Origin: Eledone cirrhosa
Lineage: Eukaryota
DNA length: 64,000 nt
Assembly (NCBI GenBank): GCA_964016885.1
Contig: OZ024742.1
Span: 188,294,001-188,358,000, forward strand
Direction: 5' to 3'
Shown: piece by piece, positions 1 to 14,856 of the stretch
How positions within the stretch are numbered: the first letter of the stretch is position 1
How the letters are laid out: every line of letters starts with the position of its first letter
The notes under the pieces: generated by a model
The model's database searches: none
Seen by the model: the letters and a program-made list of their open reading frames with translations, nothing else
Told to the model about the DNA's origin: nothing
Made by a program: the position numbers and the translations under genes

Positions 1-5
1 ACTCC

Positions 6-1256
6 ATGGCCCCATTAAGAAGTGACGACTTCACACTCGTCCCAAGCTATTGTGGCCAGAGACTCGTAAAGATCAGGGTGACCCACGTTCCACCGGCCAT
101 CGAAATTCCCTGGCTAATAGCGGCTGTCCTCGCCGGCATCGAAGCCAACACGAAAATAATAGCAATAGCAAAAGAAAAGCAGGAGAACTGGTCCGGATCT
201 GGGATGGAGCTCCTGATCCAAGCGGACCAAAAAAGCATTGAGGAGATCCCAGAGGTAATAGACCTCACTCACGGCAGCCACCTCACGGTAATTGTCGAGG
301 GCAGAAGACCTAGGTGTGTCGTTTGTGGTGAAGGAACCCACCTAAGGGCTTTCTGCCCTCAGGCTAAAAGGTTGAGGCCACCTCTCCTACCCACCCCAGT
401 GACACAACCATCAACACCACCAGTAGCAGAGATGGCAGCAACAACTGTAGCAGCAACAACAGAAGCAACTATAACAGCAACAACCCCAGCAACAGTAGCA
501 AAACCAACACCACCACCACCACCAGCAAAACCAACACCACCACGACCCAACGCTTCAGAACTAGCACCAGCGCCTACACCATCCACCACGCCACAACCAA
601 AACTAACGGCTGTGGAGGATTTTCCACTCCCCGGCCTATCACAACTGGAGACAGATCGTGACGACGAGGAGTGGGAAACGATATCCGGAAAAAAAAAAAG
701 AAACCAAAAAAGAAAAAATTCTCTTCCTTCCCCCTCCAAAAACAAAATACAGAGGGAAACAAATACATTAAGAAACAAAAAAGTTAGGACAGATATGCCA
801 CCATCCACACCAGCATCACCAACCCCATCAACCCAAACACCAACACCATCACCATCATTAACCCCAACACCACCATCACCTACACCACAAAAGTAACCAA
901 AATGCGAAACAGAAACAAACCCACAACAAACGCAAACAAAACAAAACAACCAAAACGATACACACTACACAGCATTACATTTGAACAACAAGCAATTATT
1001 ACACTACATCCAACACAACACCAGCATCACAGAAAAAGACTACACAACAACCCCAAAATTCACACCACCTCCACACATACAAATCACTCGCATCACACAG
1101 AAAATGTACATGACACTAAAACAAAAATTCCCCAAAGACATCGGAGACTTCCGACAAGCACTCTCCAGGAGGATTTATAAGGACATCCTTCCTGAGAAGG
1201 CCACAAGCAATGAAAAGGATGGAAAAACCGTCCTTCCCCTACGAGAAGTAAGGTAA
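6..1256 (+). pseudogene. Tx1-like ORF1 (gag-like zinc knuckle, Pro/Thr-rich linker) interrupted by one in-frame TAA at 894-896
   Basis: ORFs 6..896 and 981..1256 are in the same frame and 897-980 is open. Knuckle CVVCGEGTHLRAFC. Confidence 0.75.
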
Positions 1257-1290
1257 GTGGTCTTTCCCATCTTTTCCACTCCTTTTCAAC

Positions 1291-4200
1291 ATGACCTCAC
1301 TCAGAATAGGCAGCATAAATGCGCGTAGCTTGGGGTCGTCATGGAGGCAGGGCCACCTGCTCAACGACCTAAGGTCACTAAACATAGATGTAGTGGCCAT
1401 CAGCGAGACCAGAATCTCCGAAGCACAGGCTTTCGCACCGATCCTCGGCGGCTACGATGTGTACGCATCTCCCAGCCGTCCGGGATCGGGGGGAGGAGTT
1501 GCTCTGCTTTTTCGGAGAGGTTTGGATCTTGCCATACGGGCCATCTTCCTGGACCCAGAAGGTAAGTTGGTGGTGCTGGACGTGACCAGCGGAGACGGGC
1601 AAGCTTTCAGGTTAGTGGCCGTCTATGCCCCGACAGGAGCAGGGCGGCCTGATTTCTTCCGGCGTCTGGAGACCTTTCTTGGAACGTCCCGCTCTTTAGT
1701 GTTAGTGGGCGACTGGAACGGGATCTTAGATGCACGCTGTGATTGTGTGGGATTAGTGGATAGGGAAGGAGGGTGCAAGAGTCTCACCAGCCTGCTCAGA
1801 CGTTTTGAACTGTCTGACAGGTACCGAATGGATTTCCCGAATGTACCAATGTGGACTTGGACAAATCGCATAGGGTCATCCAGATCATATCTAGATAGAG
1901 TATTTTGTAGGGAAATAGATAGGTCTAGCATAGGCTGTCCACAATTCAAGATAGTCAGCTACACGGACCACAAATTCGTGATCTGTGTGCTTGAATTAGA
2001 TAGGCTTCATAGGCGAGGACCCGGCTACTCGAAGCTAAACGCGTCCTTACCAGCGCGCAAGGTCTACAGAGACCGGATTAGCGAACTAGTTAAGCGGGCG
2101 TTGACGGGGGCCATCGTCAACAACAAGTGGTGGTTTGCTCTGAAAAGAGCAATTAGAATAGAGTCCATTAGGTTTAGTAAGACTTTAGCAATAGAGAAAA
2201 ATAGAGCAGAGGGAGAACTAGTTAGAAAATTGGATGAGGCTCTTAGCAAAGGCATCGCGACCGACGTACTTGCGGCGGAATTGGCACTTGACCAATTCTC
2301 CAATGCAATGCACGAAGGCTGCGTTGTCAGAGCTAGGGTGCGTGCTCTCAGACACGAGGGGACGAAAGCCGTTCAATGGGCCCGAGTGGCGGAGGCGCGT
2401 CGTGGCAACAAAGCCACGATCCGGTCTTTGGTGGATCACGACGGGCGCATGCTACTCGATCCCGGGCAAATGTGTGAAGCTTTTCAGCGACACTTCGCTC
2501 AACTGTTCGGGGGAAATGGCGGGCCGGATCGAGGGATGGACTTTAGTGTCTACCTCGACGGACTGCCGCGGCTTTCGGCCACTGAGGCGGAGTGTTGCGA
2601 AAAGCCGATAACAACCGCTGAAGTACGGGATGCAATGACTAGTTGCACAAGGGGTAAATCGCCTGGTTTAGATGGTCTGCCCTATGAACTTTACGTACAA
2701 ATGCCAAACTTGTTCGGAGGCCTCTTGGCGGACGTCTACTGCAACTGGCAATAGAACGGGAGAATTCCCAGCTCTGTGAGCCGAGGAGCGGTGGCGCTGC
2801 TGAGAAAGGATCCGAACAAGGGGGATAACATAGATAATTTTAGGCCTATAACTCTGCTATACACAGAGCTCAAGATTTTGGCCAAGGTGCTAGCAAAGAG
2901 GTTGGCGCTTGTCGTTGGTGGTCTGGTGGGAGAGGCACAGACATGCACCATTCCCGACAGATCCATTCACGACAACCTCCACCTCATGCGATACATCGTA
3001 GAGAGGGTAGCTAGGGAACCTGGCACGGGTGGGTCTTTGATCAATTTAGATCAGTCGAAAGCCTTCGATAGGGTCGACCATCGTTACCTAGCGGCAGTCC
3101 TGGGGGCGGCTGGCTTTGGGCCCGTCTTCAGATGCTGGATCGCTGCCATGCACAGCGACATCTGCACTGTAGTGAGAGTGAACGGTCACCTTTCGGAACC
3201 GTTCAACATCATGCGCTCGGTCCGCCAAGGATGTCCCCTCTCGTCCTTATTGTACGTATTGACTCTCGAGCCATTACTGCACAAACTGGAGACGTTGAGG
3301 GGTGTCCCGCGCGAACTAGGATGCGGAAGATCCGTGTCAGCATATGCCGGCGATGTCACCGTAGTGGTGTCGAACGCCAAACACATCGAGGCGATCGGCA
3401 CTACACTAAGAGAATACGAAGCGGTGACAGGAGCAATGATCAACCAGGAAAAGTCAGTGGGCCTGCAGCTCGGCACCTGGAGAGGCAGGTCCATGCCGTC
3501 CAACAGCGTCGTCGGGCGCTGGACGGACGGACCGGTTAAATTGCTAGGGGTCTGGTTAGGTCCAGACCTCCAGACGGACAAAAACTGGGACGAGGTGACG
3601 AGCAGGGTGGCTTCTCTCACCCAGAAATGGGCCGAGAGGAAGCTATCCCTGAAAGGTCGAGCGGAGGTGGCTAACGCGTACATCGCGTCCGTCATCTACT
3701 ACAGCCTGACCGTCGTACCTTGTCCTAAGCCCCGCCTGACTGCGCTGGAGCGTTTGCTCTTTCGCTTCTTGTGGAAGGGACGCGCTCCGATGGTCAGGCG
3801 GTCCATCTGCTGTCAACACCCGCTACGTGGAGAGCTGGGCATGCCGTGGCTGATGATGCGCAGACACGCGCTCAGGCTACGACATCTCCACCTCTTCCTA
3901 GCCGGTGATCAGGTGTGGTCGCCGTTTGCTAGACACGTGTTTCCCCAGCTCGTCTCCTTGACGGAGCTGCAGTCCTGGGTCAAGCGAAGACCGAGAGGGA
4001 GCGCTTGGAGACTGGAATGTCTTCAGGCGCTCACAGCCCTCGACCAATCGGGCAATGTGATCGGTGGAAACTCCACCTCGGCGTTCTATAGGGGATTAGT
4101 GGAGGGGAAGAGCGACGACGTACTTGGAGAAACTCTAGGCGTCGACGAAAATCAACTAGCCAATCTCTTCGGAAGAACTTTCGGGCCGGGGCCTATGGAC

Positions 4201-4710
4201 AACTTCCAGAAATCCCTGGCCTGGCAGTGCTACCGGGGTGCTTTGCCAGTTCGGGATAAACTTTACAGGCATGGAGGTGCCGTCAGCCGGGCATGTCCGA
4301 GACGCGCACGGGGCGACGAAACCGTCCTGCACGCACTCGTCCAGTGTCCGAGCATTGCTGACTTGTGGGTTTATGTCGAACACCTGCTGTCACGTGTAGG
4401 ACGGATCCAGCTATCAGCTGAGTCCATCGTGAGGATTGCCCCGCCCTCTTCCTTTAGCCGGGAAGGGCAGGCAGTTTTTATCTGTCTAGTGGCCATGGCG
4501 AAAGAGATAGTATGGTGGACACGTTTGAAAGGGCTGAAGACGAGCACTTACCTCTTCGGTGATGCCCTGATTAACTTTTTCAAATTTCATCTGAAAAGGA
4601 AAATCAGGGTAGAGAGGGAAGTGCTCTCTTCCCAGCATTTTGTTGAAAGATGGGTGAGAGAAGCAAGTATGGCCCGAATGAATGGGCCTTCTCTGAGTAT
4701 GTGTCTGTAA
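1291..4710 (+). pseudogene. Tx1-like ORF2 (APE endonuclease, reverse transcriptase, zf-RVT) with in-frame TAG at 2752-2754 and catalytic YADD read as YAGD
   Basis: Endonuclease motifs SINARSL, ISET, GDWN, YLDRVF, TDH. RT motifs KSPGLDGL, FRPITLL, LDQSKAFDRV, VRQGCPLS, AYAGD. C-terminal CPR..ETVLHALVQC. ORFs 1291..2754 and 2776..4710 share a frame. Confidence 0.92.
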
Positions 4711-4952
4711 ATTAAAGGTGGAAAACCGGGAGAGGGCACTTGCCCTGGTGGTCAGGGCCACTGTGGTCTTTTAATGGGCTTTCTCCACAAATGTCCCTCG
4801 GAAGTCTCCCCCCTATTGGGGAATTTTTCTTTGTTATTTTATTTCATCCTCTGTTTTTTTTCACGCAGAAATGCCCATTTGTACCGTCCTATATTGTCCT
4901 GTACTGTCCTTAATGTCTACTTTATGTAAACCCTTGTGGATAATAAAGAAAA

Positions 4953-5013
<61 letters not shown>

Positions 5014-6258
5014 GTTCTTTGAGTCTCAGTCATTGATGTTATTTAACTGGAAAGTTTGTTGGAACGAATATCAAGCCACTACCTGCAGTCTCATATATTC
5101 AGGACGTATCGGAGGGTTCTTGCTGTTCCCAGCAAGCATGCCTTTTGAAGCGTTCCAAAAAGCGTGAAGGGGCCAATTTTCTTTAACCATCCCTGGAAAC
5201 TTTTTGAGATAGTACCTAGTACGCCTATGACAATCGGGACCACTTTGACTTCATGGCAGTTCCAAATCCTTTTTACCTCCAACTTCAAGTCCAGGTATCG
5301 GTTAATTTTCTCCCTCTCCTTCTCTTGCACTCTCGTGTCGAATGGGCAGGTTACATCTACAATCAGGCACGATCTTTTTTCTTTGTCCAAAACCACCAGG
5401 TCAGGTCTATTGTGTTCCAGTTTCTTGTCCGTCTGTATCCTAACATCCCACAGCACCTTCTCCTAATCGTTTTCTATCACCGACTCTGGCTTATGCTCAT
5501 ACCACTTCTCAGAATGTGGTAATTGTTTACTTTGCATAGGTACCAGTGGATCACCATGTCTCTAGCCTTTATAGTGAGTCTGGGCTAGGTGTTTACACTC
5601 GGATACAATGTGAGCCACAATCTCCTCACTCTCTCCACAGATCCTGCACAGTGGGCTAGCCTACTCCTTGTAAATATGGTGTTTCAACCTCTTCGTTTTG
5701 AGGGCTTGCTCTTCCGCAGCCATTAACATTCCTTCTGTAGCCATTTTAAGGTCTCCTCTTTTCAACCAGTTCTATGTCTGTGGATCTCTGAATTCAGCTT
5801 TCTCAAAGAAGGTACTATGAAGGGATTTTTCCTGAAGGCTGCTCTTTCTCCTTGTTGTTATTTCCTCCTTGGACATCCCCTGGTCTATTGTTCTCTCCTT
5901 CAGTACAGTTCTGAGCATTGGCTCCTTACTATCAGTCACGTATTTGTGTAGGTTGTTTTTCTCCATCTGAACACAGTCCCCTATGCTGATATGACCTCTT
6001 CCACCTTCAGATCTCCTTAAGTAGAGTCTATCGACATCACTCCTCTTGTGGAACATGTTGTAGATAGTCAATAGCTTCCTAGTCTTCCTATCCATTTCTT
6101 TTTGTTCAGCAACATTCCATCTCAGAATTCCCGCACTGTACCTAATAAAAGACACAGCTCGGGAATTTACTGCACTTAAGGCATTCCTACTGTTCAGATG
6201 TGACTTTAATACGCTCCTTATTCTCCGAATGTATTCAGTTCTTATCAATTCCTTCATT
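5014..6258 (-). mobile_element. Dong/R4-type RLE LINE (family A), 5'-truncated and frameshifted, (TAA)n at its 3' end
   Basis: ORFs 5091..5456 (RPDLVVLDK..IVDVTCP..KINRY, PD-(D/E)XK endonuclease) and 5772..6356 (post-RT thumb, LYLRRSEGGRG). Confidence 0.9.
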
Positions 6259-6282
6259 TTGTTGTTATTATTATTATTATTA

Positions 6283-9056
6283 CAGTTGCATTTATCTTGT
6301 TTTATGTTCATACGAGTTATCACCAAGTCACAACCAGTGACCTCAAGAAACAACAAGGTCCGCCATGTTCAAGAAAGAACATACGTACACACACATGCAT
6401 CTTTGGGTGTTTAGACTTGTGATGTACTTATATTGACAGAATCTTCCTTAGTATTTGGGCAGTCCCCATTAGTACTATCTTTTGTATTTCTCCTATACGC
6501 AAGTTTCCTGGAATTTGCGATAAGTAATCATTAAAACCTTTAGGTATCATTCCTAGAGCGCCTACAACCCCTGGTATTGTTTTAGTTCTGAATTTCCGCA
6601 TTTTTCCAATTTCTATCTCCAGGTCCTTATACTTGCTCAACTTTTCAAATGTTTTTATAGATACATTCTTGTCTATCGGATCGGACATATCAATTAGCAG
6701 GCATACCCTCTTTTTAAAGTCCTTCAGTATTATATCAGGTCCTTCAGCATCTATTTTTCGGTCTGTTTGGATGGTAAAGTTCCACAAGATAGAGATGTGA
6801 TCTTTTTCAAGTATGGGAGTTAGTTGATGCTCCCACCAATACTTTTCATGGGGTATGTCAAAATGCTTACACATTATCCAATGTATGTATTGTGCAGCTC
6901 TGTCATGCCTGTTTAGGTTTTCGGTTGGAGCTATATGACTGCACATTGAAATTATATGGTCAATGGTCTCTGGTTGTTTTTTTACATACATGGCATAATG
7001 GGTTGGATCGATTTTTTATTATGTTGGCTTGGTAATTTTTTGTTGGCAGACACTGATCTTGTGCCGATATAATCAGTCCTACAGTCTCCGATTTCAGTCC
7101 AGAGGATGCCAACCACTGATGGGTTAAAGTTTTGTCAACATCAGGATTGTTAGGTCTTTCTGGGTATTTTCCATACAGAGGCTTTTCTTGCCATTTCTTA
7201 GTCAGTTTATGTAGCAGGACTTTCTTTGCAGTTACTTTTACCTGCCTTGCTTTTTCTGTGTTTATCATTTCAGCAGTAAATGGAACTTCTGAAATTTGTA
7301 GTCCATTACTGTATCTTTGTGCATCTTTTGTAATGGAGTATGATCTTTTAATGCTTTGGTGTTTCAAAACGAGTTTGATCATCCAGTCATGATTCCCTTA
7401 GATATGTAGATAATCCAATTGTTGCAGTTATCAACGCAATGTCTAACTGGATTAACCCACGTACTCCTTCTTTCCTAGGGAGATATATTCTATCTGTATC
7501 TGCCTTAGGGTGATACATTCTGTGCATGTGATTAAGAATTTTCTAATTTTTGTATCGAGCCTACGGATCTATGTACTTGACCAGTTGATGACATTGTAAC
7601 TGTAGGTTACTACTGGTATGGCAAGCGTGTTTATGGCATCAATCCTATTCCTTGCATTCAATTCCGTTCTTAAGATTGCTCTTACTCTGCGGTAACATTC
7701 CTTCCTTATCCTTTCCCTCATTGTCGAGTGCTTGATTCCGTCTCCTTCACAAATACCTAGATATTTGTAAGATCCTCTTGTTCAAGTTCTCTTATCACAT
7801 TACCTTGATCAAGATTAATGTCTGAACTTTTCAGCAGTTTTCCTCTGGTGAACATTGCTTTGACGCATTTATCTAGTCCGAACTCCATTTTAATGTCATC
7901 ACTGAACTGCTCCACAGTGGATAATAGCCCTTGCAATTGTTCATCATTTTTTGCAAATAGTTTCAGTTCATCCATGTAGAACAGGTGACTAATGGTTTTG
8001 TCATAGACTTTATATCCATGTTTTGTTTCATTCAGCATTTTACTTAATGGTATAAAAACTAAGCAGAATAAAAGCGGTGATAAAGAGTCACCCTGAAAAA
8101 TTCCACAATTAATATTAACTTCCCCAGCTTCCAGTGATTTCTTTCACTGTTCAAAAGGAATGTCTTTTTCCATGTCTTCATACTGAATGACAGGAACCTT
8201 CTGACAACGGGAGATATTTTGAAAATCTCTAAACATTTTTCAATACAACTGTGTGGTAAACTATCGAATGCTTTTTTATAATCTATCCAAGCAACTGATA
8301 GATTTTTGTGTCTATTATGACAATCTTCCAGTATCATTTGGTTAACCAAAAGCTGATCTTTACAGCTATGAGCCTCGTTTACACCCTTTCTGCTCATTGG
8401 GAAATAGATCATTTGTTATCAGGTGGTCATATGTATATTCAGTTAGGACTGATGTTAAAATGTTATACATTGTGGTCAAGCAAGATATCGGTCTGTAATT
8501 TTGGGGATTGTTTGTCTCATCATTCTTGGGAACGAGGAATGTAATGCCGTTAACTAGCCATGATGGTATCTTTTCTAGCTTCTTAACTATTTCATTGTAA
8601 AGTTGGGCTAACAGCTCATTAGACTCTGTGAAGGCATTTATCCAAAAATTTGGTATTTTGACTTTTCCTGGGGATTTCCATTTGCTGGTTTTTCTAAGAG
8701 CCAAACGCAACTGTTCAACTGTTATATTTTCCCAGGTTTGTTCCTCAAGGAGAGCTGTATCTTTCATTTGTCTGTCTATCCATGGGGCATGTATATTATG
8801 AACTTTTTCTTCGGCCCAGATCTTTTCCCAGAATTCTTGTACCCCCTCCTTAGGTGGTATTGATTTAGCAGTTATTGTTGACTTGGCAATTTTCTGTAGA
8901 AGTTTCTTTGATTGTTTTTGAACATATTATTGTCCTTATAGAATCTAGATCGTTTTTCAAAGCGCCTTATTCGAGTAGCTTTGGCCGACACTTTTTGCTT
9001 GATTATTTCTATCAGCATGTCTATGTCACTTGTTGATTTTCTGTATTTTCTTTTTT
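6283..9056 (-). mobile_element. Dong/R4-type RLE LINE (family B), degraded RT and RLE
   Basis: Fragments KSPG/NYRPISCL, WIDYKKAFDS, HLFYMDELKLFA, ETIDHIISMC..RHD, GPDIILKD..LIDMS..KLSKY across ORFs 6428..8767. Confidence 0.9.
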
Positions 9057-9120
9057 ATTATTATTCCAGTTTCTTGTCCGGCTGTATCCTAAAAATCCCA
9101 TTATTATTATTATTATTATT

Positions 9121-11025
9121 GTTCTTTGAGTCTTAGTCATTTATGTTATTTAACTGGAAAGTTTGTTGAATTGAATATCAAGCCGCTACCTGCAGCCTCA
9201 TATATTCAGGACGTATCGGAGGGTTCTTGCTGTTTCCAGCAAGCATGCCATTTGAAGTGTTCCAAAAAGCGGAGCTGGACTAATTTTATTTAACCATACT
9301 TGGAAACTCTTTGAGATAGTACCTAGTGCACCTATGACAATCGGGACGACTCTGACGTCATGGCAGTTCCAAATCCTTTTTACCTCCAACTTTAAGTCCT
9401 GGTATCGGTTAATTTTCTCCCTCCACTTTTCTTGCATTCTCGTGTCAAATGGGCAGGCTACATCTACAATATGGCATGATCTTTTTTCCTTGTCCAAAAC
9501 CTCCAGGTCAGGCCTATTGTGTTCCAGTTTCTAGTCCGTCTGTATCCTAAAATCACATAGGAGCTTCACCTGATCGTTTTCTATCACGGACTCTGGCTTA
9601 TGCTCATACCACTTCTCAGAATGTGGTAAATTGTTATAGTGGGTCTGGGCTAGGTGTTTACACTCGGATACAATGGGACCCACAGTCTCCGCGCGCTCTC
9701 CACAGATCCTACTCAGTGGGCTAGCCTCCTCCTTGAAAATATGGTGTTTCACCCACTTCGTTCTGAAGGCCTGCTCTTGCGCAGCTATTAGGCTTCCTTC
9801 TGGTACCTTTTTAAGGTCTCCTCTTTTTAACCAGTTCCATGTCTGTGGATCTCTAAATTCAGTTTTCTCAAAGAAGGTACAGTGAAGGGATTTTTCATGA
9901 AGGTTGCTCTTCCTTCTTTTTGTTATTTCCTCCTTGGACATCCCCTGGTCTATTGTCCTCTCCTTCAGTACAATTTTGAGCTTTGGCTCCATACTATCAG
10001 TCACATATTTGTACAGGTTGTTTTTCTCCATCTGAACACAGTCCTCTATGCTGATAAGACCTCTTCCACCTTCATATCTCCTTAAGCAGAGTCTATCGAC
10101 ATAACTCCTCTTGTGGAACATGTTGTAAATAGTCAATAGCTTCCTAGTCTTCCTATCCATTACTTTTTGTTCAGCAACATTCCATCTCAGAATTCCCCCA
10201 CTGTACCTAATAGTAGACACAACTCGGGAATTCACTGCACTTATGATATTCCTACTATTTAGATGTGATTTTATTACGTTCCTTACTCTCCTTATGTATT
10301 CAGATATTATCAATTCCTTCCTTCGTTTTTTTTCTTGATGTCATCTGCATCCAGAACACGTAAATATTTGTATCTTTCTTCAGTGTCAATTTCCTTTATC
10401 ATCTCACCTGTTGGTACCTGGATTCCGTTGCTTCTGCTCAATTTACCCCTCTTCATCACTAGGACTCCACACTTATTAATACCAAATGACATACATGTAT
10501 CATTGCTGAAAATACGGACAGTGTCAACAAGCAGATCCAACTCCTTCTCACTCTTTGCACAGAGTTTAAGATCGTACATGAAGAGGAGGTGAGTCATGGT
10601 AAGCTCTCTTTTTCCAAAGTTGTATCCTATTCTCACTTTTCGCAGTACAATGATCAGGGGTGTCAGGGCAAGGACACACAACAGAGGGGACAAACTATCT
10701 CCCTGGAAGATACCTCTCTTGATCTTCACGCCTCCAAAGGATTTTCCACCCGATATTAACTCTGTTTCCCAAGACTTCATACTTTTGCCCCACAACTGTC
10801 TAATGTTATCTACCACCTTGAAGATCTCTAGGCTTTTGGTTATCCAAGAATGAGGTACCATGTCGGATGCCTTTTTGTAATCTATCCATCCCATGGCAAG
10901 ACCAGTGTGTCTCCTCTTGCAATTCCTCATTACCATCTAATCAATAAGTAACTGGTATTTTGTACCACGGGACATCTTTCGGCATCCTTTCTGTTCGTCC
11001 GGTAACAAGTTGTTTATGTTGAGGT
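9121..11025 (-). mobile_element. Dong/R4-type RLE LINE (family A), 5'-truncated within RT
   Basis: WIDYKKASD, GIFQGDSLSPL, HLLFMYDLKL and the RLE C-terminus. 3' UTR nearly identical to 5014-5090. TAA repeats on both sides. Confidence 0.9.
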
Positions 11026-11126
11026 TATAATAATAATAATAAGCAACAAGTCTAAAGATTATAGAACAGAACACAAGAAAATGGTTACGAACAACAGCCA
11101 AATAATTTCACCACCATCACCACTAC

Positions 11127-11177
<51 letters not shown>

Positions 11178-11220
11178 CATATATATGTGCGTATATATAT
11201 ATATATATATATACGTGTGC

Positions 11221-11337
<117 letters not shown>

Positions 11338-11559
11338 CATGGGTGTGTAACACACACACACTGTCTCACATGTTAAACCAGGCGATGAATTATGTCTTAC
11401 ACTGGTGAATGCTAATGGAATTAAATATTGTACTGATACATCAGTGTATAAGAACAAAGGTTATAATACTCCCAACTGTTTTCGAACAACCGATATGAAA
11501 TCTTTTCTATAACGAGATTGAATTATTATTATTGTTATTGTTGTTATTATTCTCATTTT

Positions 11560-11599
<40 letters not shown>

Positions 11600-12390
11600 G
11601 AGCGTCGGATAATCGGATAACACGCTTTGCGTCATATACTTACGGCTCTTTACGTTCGATGTTCAAATACCGCCATGTTTTGATTTGACTTTCATCCCTA
11701 TGGAGGCCGATGAAATGAAGTCCCAGTAACACACTGGGGTCGATTTAATTGACTTTCCCCGCCCCAAAATGTGTTGGCCTTGTTGTTAAATGAGAAACCG
11801 TTATTACTTCTATTATGAAGGTGGTGGATTGCCAGTGCCGGTAGAGTATAAGACAACATGCTTGTTGGATATAGTTATGTCACTTTATGTGCTGAGTTCA
11901 AATCCCGCCGAGGTTAACATTGCCTTTTATCCTTACGGAGTCGATAAATAAGGCACCAGTAATGTACTGGAGTCGATTTAATTGACTTTTCCCTCCCCTT
12001 TAAATTGCTGTCCTTGTGCCTATATAAGAAACAATTATTATCACAATCGATGAATTGGCAGTATCGGTAGAGCGTCGGACTACATGCTACACGGCATAAA
12101 GTTACGCCCCCTTTCTGTTCTGAGTTCAAATCCTACCGATGTTAGCTTTGCCTTTCATCATTACGGGGTCGATTAAATAATGTACCAGTAACGCACTGGT
12201 GTGTAGTATAATTGTCTTTCCCCTCTCCTCAAATTGCTGGCCTTGTGTCTATCGTAGAAATCATTATTACGACAGGCAATTTTCACCGTCGAGTTTAGCA
12301 TTGCCTTTCAGCCTTACGGGCTCGATATAAACGACATTTCCTTTCCCTTCAAATTGCTGGACTTGTTCTGAAAGCAGAGACAATCATTAC
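11600..12390 (+). repeat. Cluster of about 4 tandem copies of the major tRNA-derived SINE
   Basis: Repeated GAGTTCAAATCCCGCCGAGG (B-box-like)...GCCTTTCATCC..GGGGTCGATAAA..GTACCAGT...GCTGGCCTTGTG..GAAAC(ATT)n. Confidence 0.8.
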
Positions 12391-13486
12391 ACTATCCAAA
12401 ATTCTATTGAATAACACCGAGGGAAATAGAATCTGCTAAGTGTTTTATATTCATATAAATATAATAGAGCTTAAGGTTAGAGTTGATGGCTCAGTGACTC
12501 AGATAATTTACTATAATACAGATATAGTATTTTTGTCAGTTAGGTGAGCAAAGGTTAGTGCGATTGAGGAGATTATCATCTTTGATCAGTCAAACCAGCT
12601 TAATGAAGGGTTAAGACTGCTACGTATCTAACTATACTACTTTAAAATGGAGGTGAAAATGTACGTATATCGATCAACTGAATCAATCAATAGGTAGATT
12701 ACAGAAACATTGATCTTTAGCACCATTTATGATTATTTGTTCCACCAAAAATATAAACGCTATAGAAATAAACATATACAAACGTATACATATACTCACA
12801 CAAATATACATAAACACACATATACATTCATACACAAATATACATACACACATATATACATATATTCACATAAATATATATACAGACGCATATACGTATA
12901 CCAGCGCAAATATACATACAATCACACATATATGTACACACACACACGCATATAGATATACTCACACAAATATACATACATTCACACAATATATATACAT
13001 ACTCACACACATATACATACACTGGCATATAGATATATTCCCACAGATATACATACACACGCATACACATATACTCACACAAATATATATGCTCATAAAT
13101 ATATATACACACAAACTCGTATGCACGCACATTCACATAAAATTAAAGCATTTGTATCAGAATAATATTGCATATTTTTTACATTATAAAGATATACGTT
13201 CACGTAGTATAATCATTTTAAATGATATCGAATGAAACCACGTCCGGTTCGATCAACCGAACAGTTTGTCTGTAAAACTAAGGTGCGTGTGGTAGAGCAT
13301 TTCACAATTGCGCAAACATTTTTATTCATGTGGTGTAATATGATGCACGAAAGATTTTCAACTTTTAGAGGTAAGTTTATTATGGGCATGTAAAGTTTTG
13401 ATCTTTAAGGGAAATGTTCAAGTCTTTTTTTTCTTTGTAAAAAGTTTTAAGTTAAAATAAACTAAATATATTATGAGAAAATATAG

Positions 13487-13640
13487 GCAGCGAATTGGCA
13501 GAGTCATCAGAACGTCGGATAGAGTGACTTATGTTATTTGTTCTGGCTCACTGAATTTAAATTCCGCTGAGGTCCACTTTGCCTTTCATCGTTTCGAGGT
13601 CGATAAAAAAAAGTTCCAGCCTAGTACTAGGGACGATTCT
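13487..13640 (+). repeat. Major SINE copy
   Basis: Same SINE consensus. Confidence 0.7.
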
Positions 13641-14355
13641 ACGTCTATATCTCTTTCTTATTTCGTCTCTTTCACTTTCTATCTTTCTCTGAAAGAAATC
13701 TGCTGTACTCAGTTCTGGAGAGGGATGGGCTCCACCAGGCTTAAATTACCCAATAAACCCCGTGTGACAATACGGTGCCTCTACGACTCTATTAGGATTT
13801 CCGGGACCATACCATAGCATGATCAGAAAATACATTTGAAAGCGAACGTGAGAATATATGTTGGCAACACTTTGTAAATGTTATCAGTTGCTGACTGGTA
13901 CATTAAGTAAAGGTTGCTTACGTGTATGCTATTCTCCTGTTTCTGTCTAGACAGAATATTTGTACTTTGATTGTGATTTACTGTCTAATGATTGAAGAAT
14001 CAGAATAGCCAAGAAATTATGCTGTTGATATTTTCTACTATTGTTATTGATACCATTATTAACCCTATTGTCTCTGTTGTCCTTAGCAGAACATCTTGTC
14101 ATTGATTCGGACCATTTTAGATTTCGTTCTTCAATTTTTTTTTCTAATGTACATACTTTTTAAATTGTCGTAGTCAATTGTTAATTGACAATTAACGTTT
14201 CACTTGCTATCCTCTTGATCTGGGTCAATAATATTAATTGAATCCATTGAAATTCTTGCCGATGGACACTTGGTTCCCACCCAATCAATGTATTTCTCTG
14301 CCAAATCACTGACCTCACACTTGTTACTACTCCAAATAACAATAGACCAGAATGG

Positions 14356-14409
14356 TATTTTACTTCAGAATTATATATTCTACCGATTTGAATATTTACA
14401 TAGAATCTC

Positions 14410-14497
<88 letters not shown>

Positions 14498-14585
14498 TCA
14501 TTCCTTCTCACGCTATACAGCGGAAATATAAATTCTACATATTGCAATATCTGCATAGAATCTCCCTCTCCTCTCTCCCCTATAC

Positions 14586-14664
<79 letters not shown>

Positions 14665-14777
14665 TAGAGAGAGGTGGAGGGGGAGAGAGGTGGAGGGGAG
14701 AGAGGAGAGGGAGATTCTATGCACATATTGCAATATGTAGAATTTATATTTCCGCTGTATAGCGTGAGAAGGAGTGA

Positions 14778-14856
<79 letters not shown>

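Larger units (their letters stand above)
1..4953 (+). mobile_element. Tx1/L1-clade non-LTR retrotransposon, near full length (5' end runs off the window), 3' end abutting an (ATT)n tract
   Basis: ORF1 has a CX2CX4HX4C knuckle. ORF2 has APE endonuclease, RT and C-terminal zinc-finger domains. AATAAA at 4942-4947 lies just before the (ATT)n. Confidence 0.93.

Noticed and set aside
359-949. 196-aa Gly/Val-rich minus-strand ORF and other antisense ORFs over the LINEs
   Set aside because: Shadow frames of CA-rich ORF1 and other TE coding regions.
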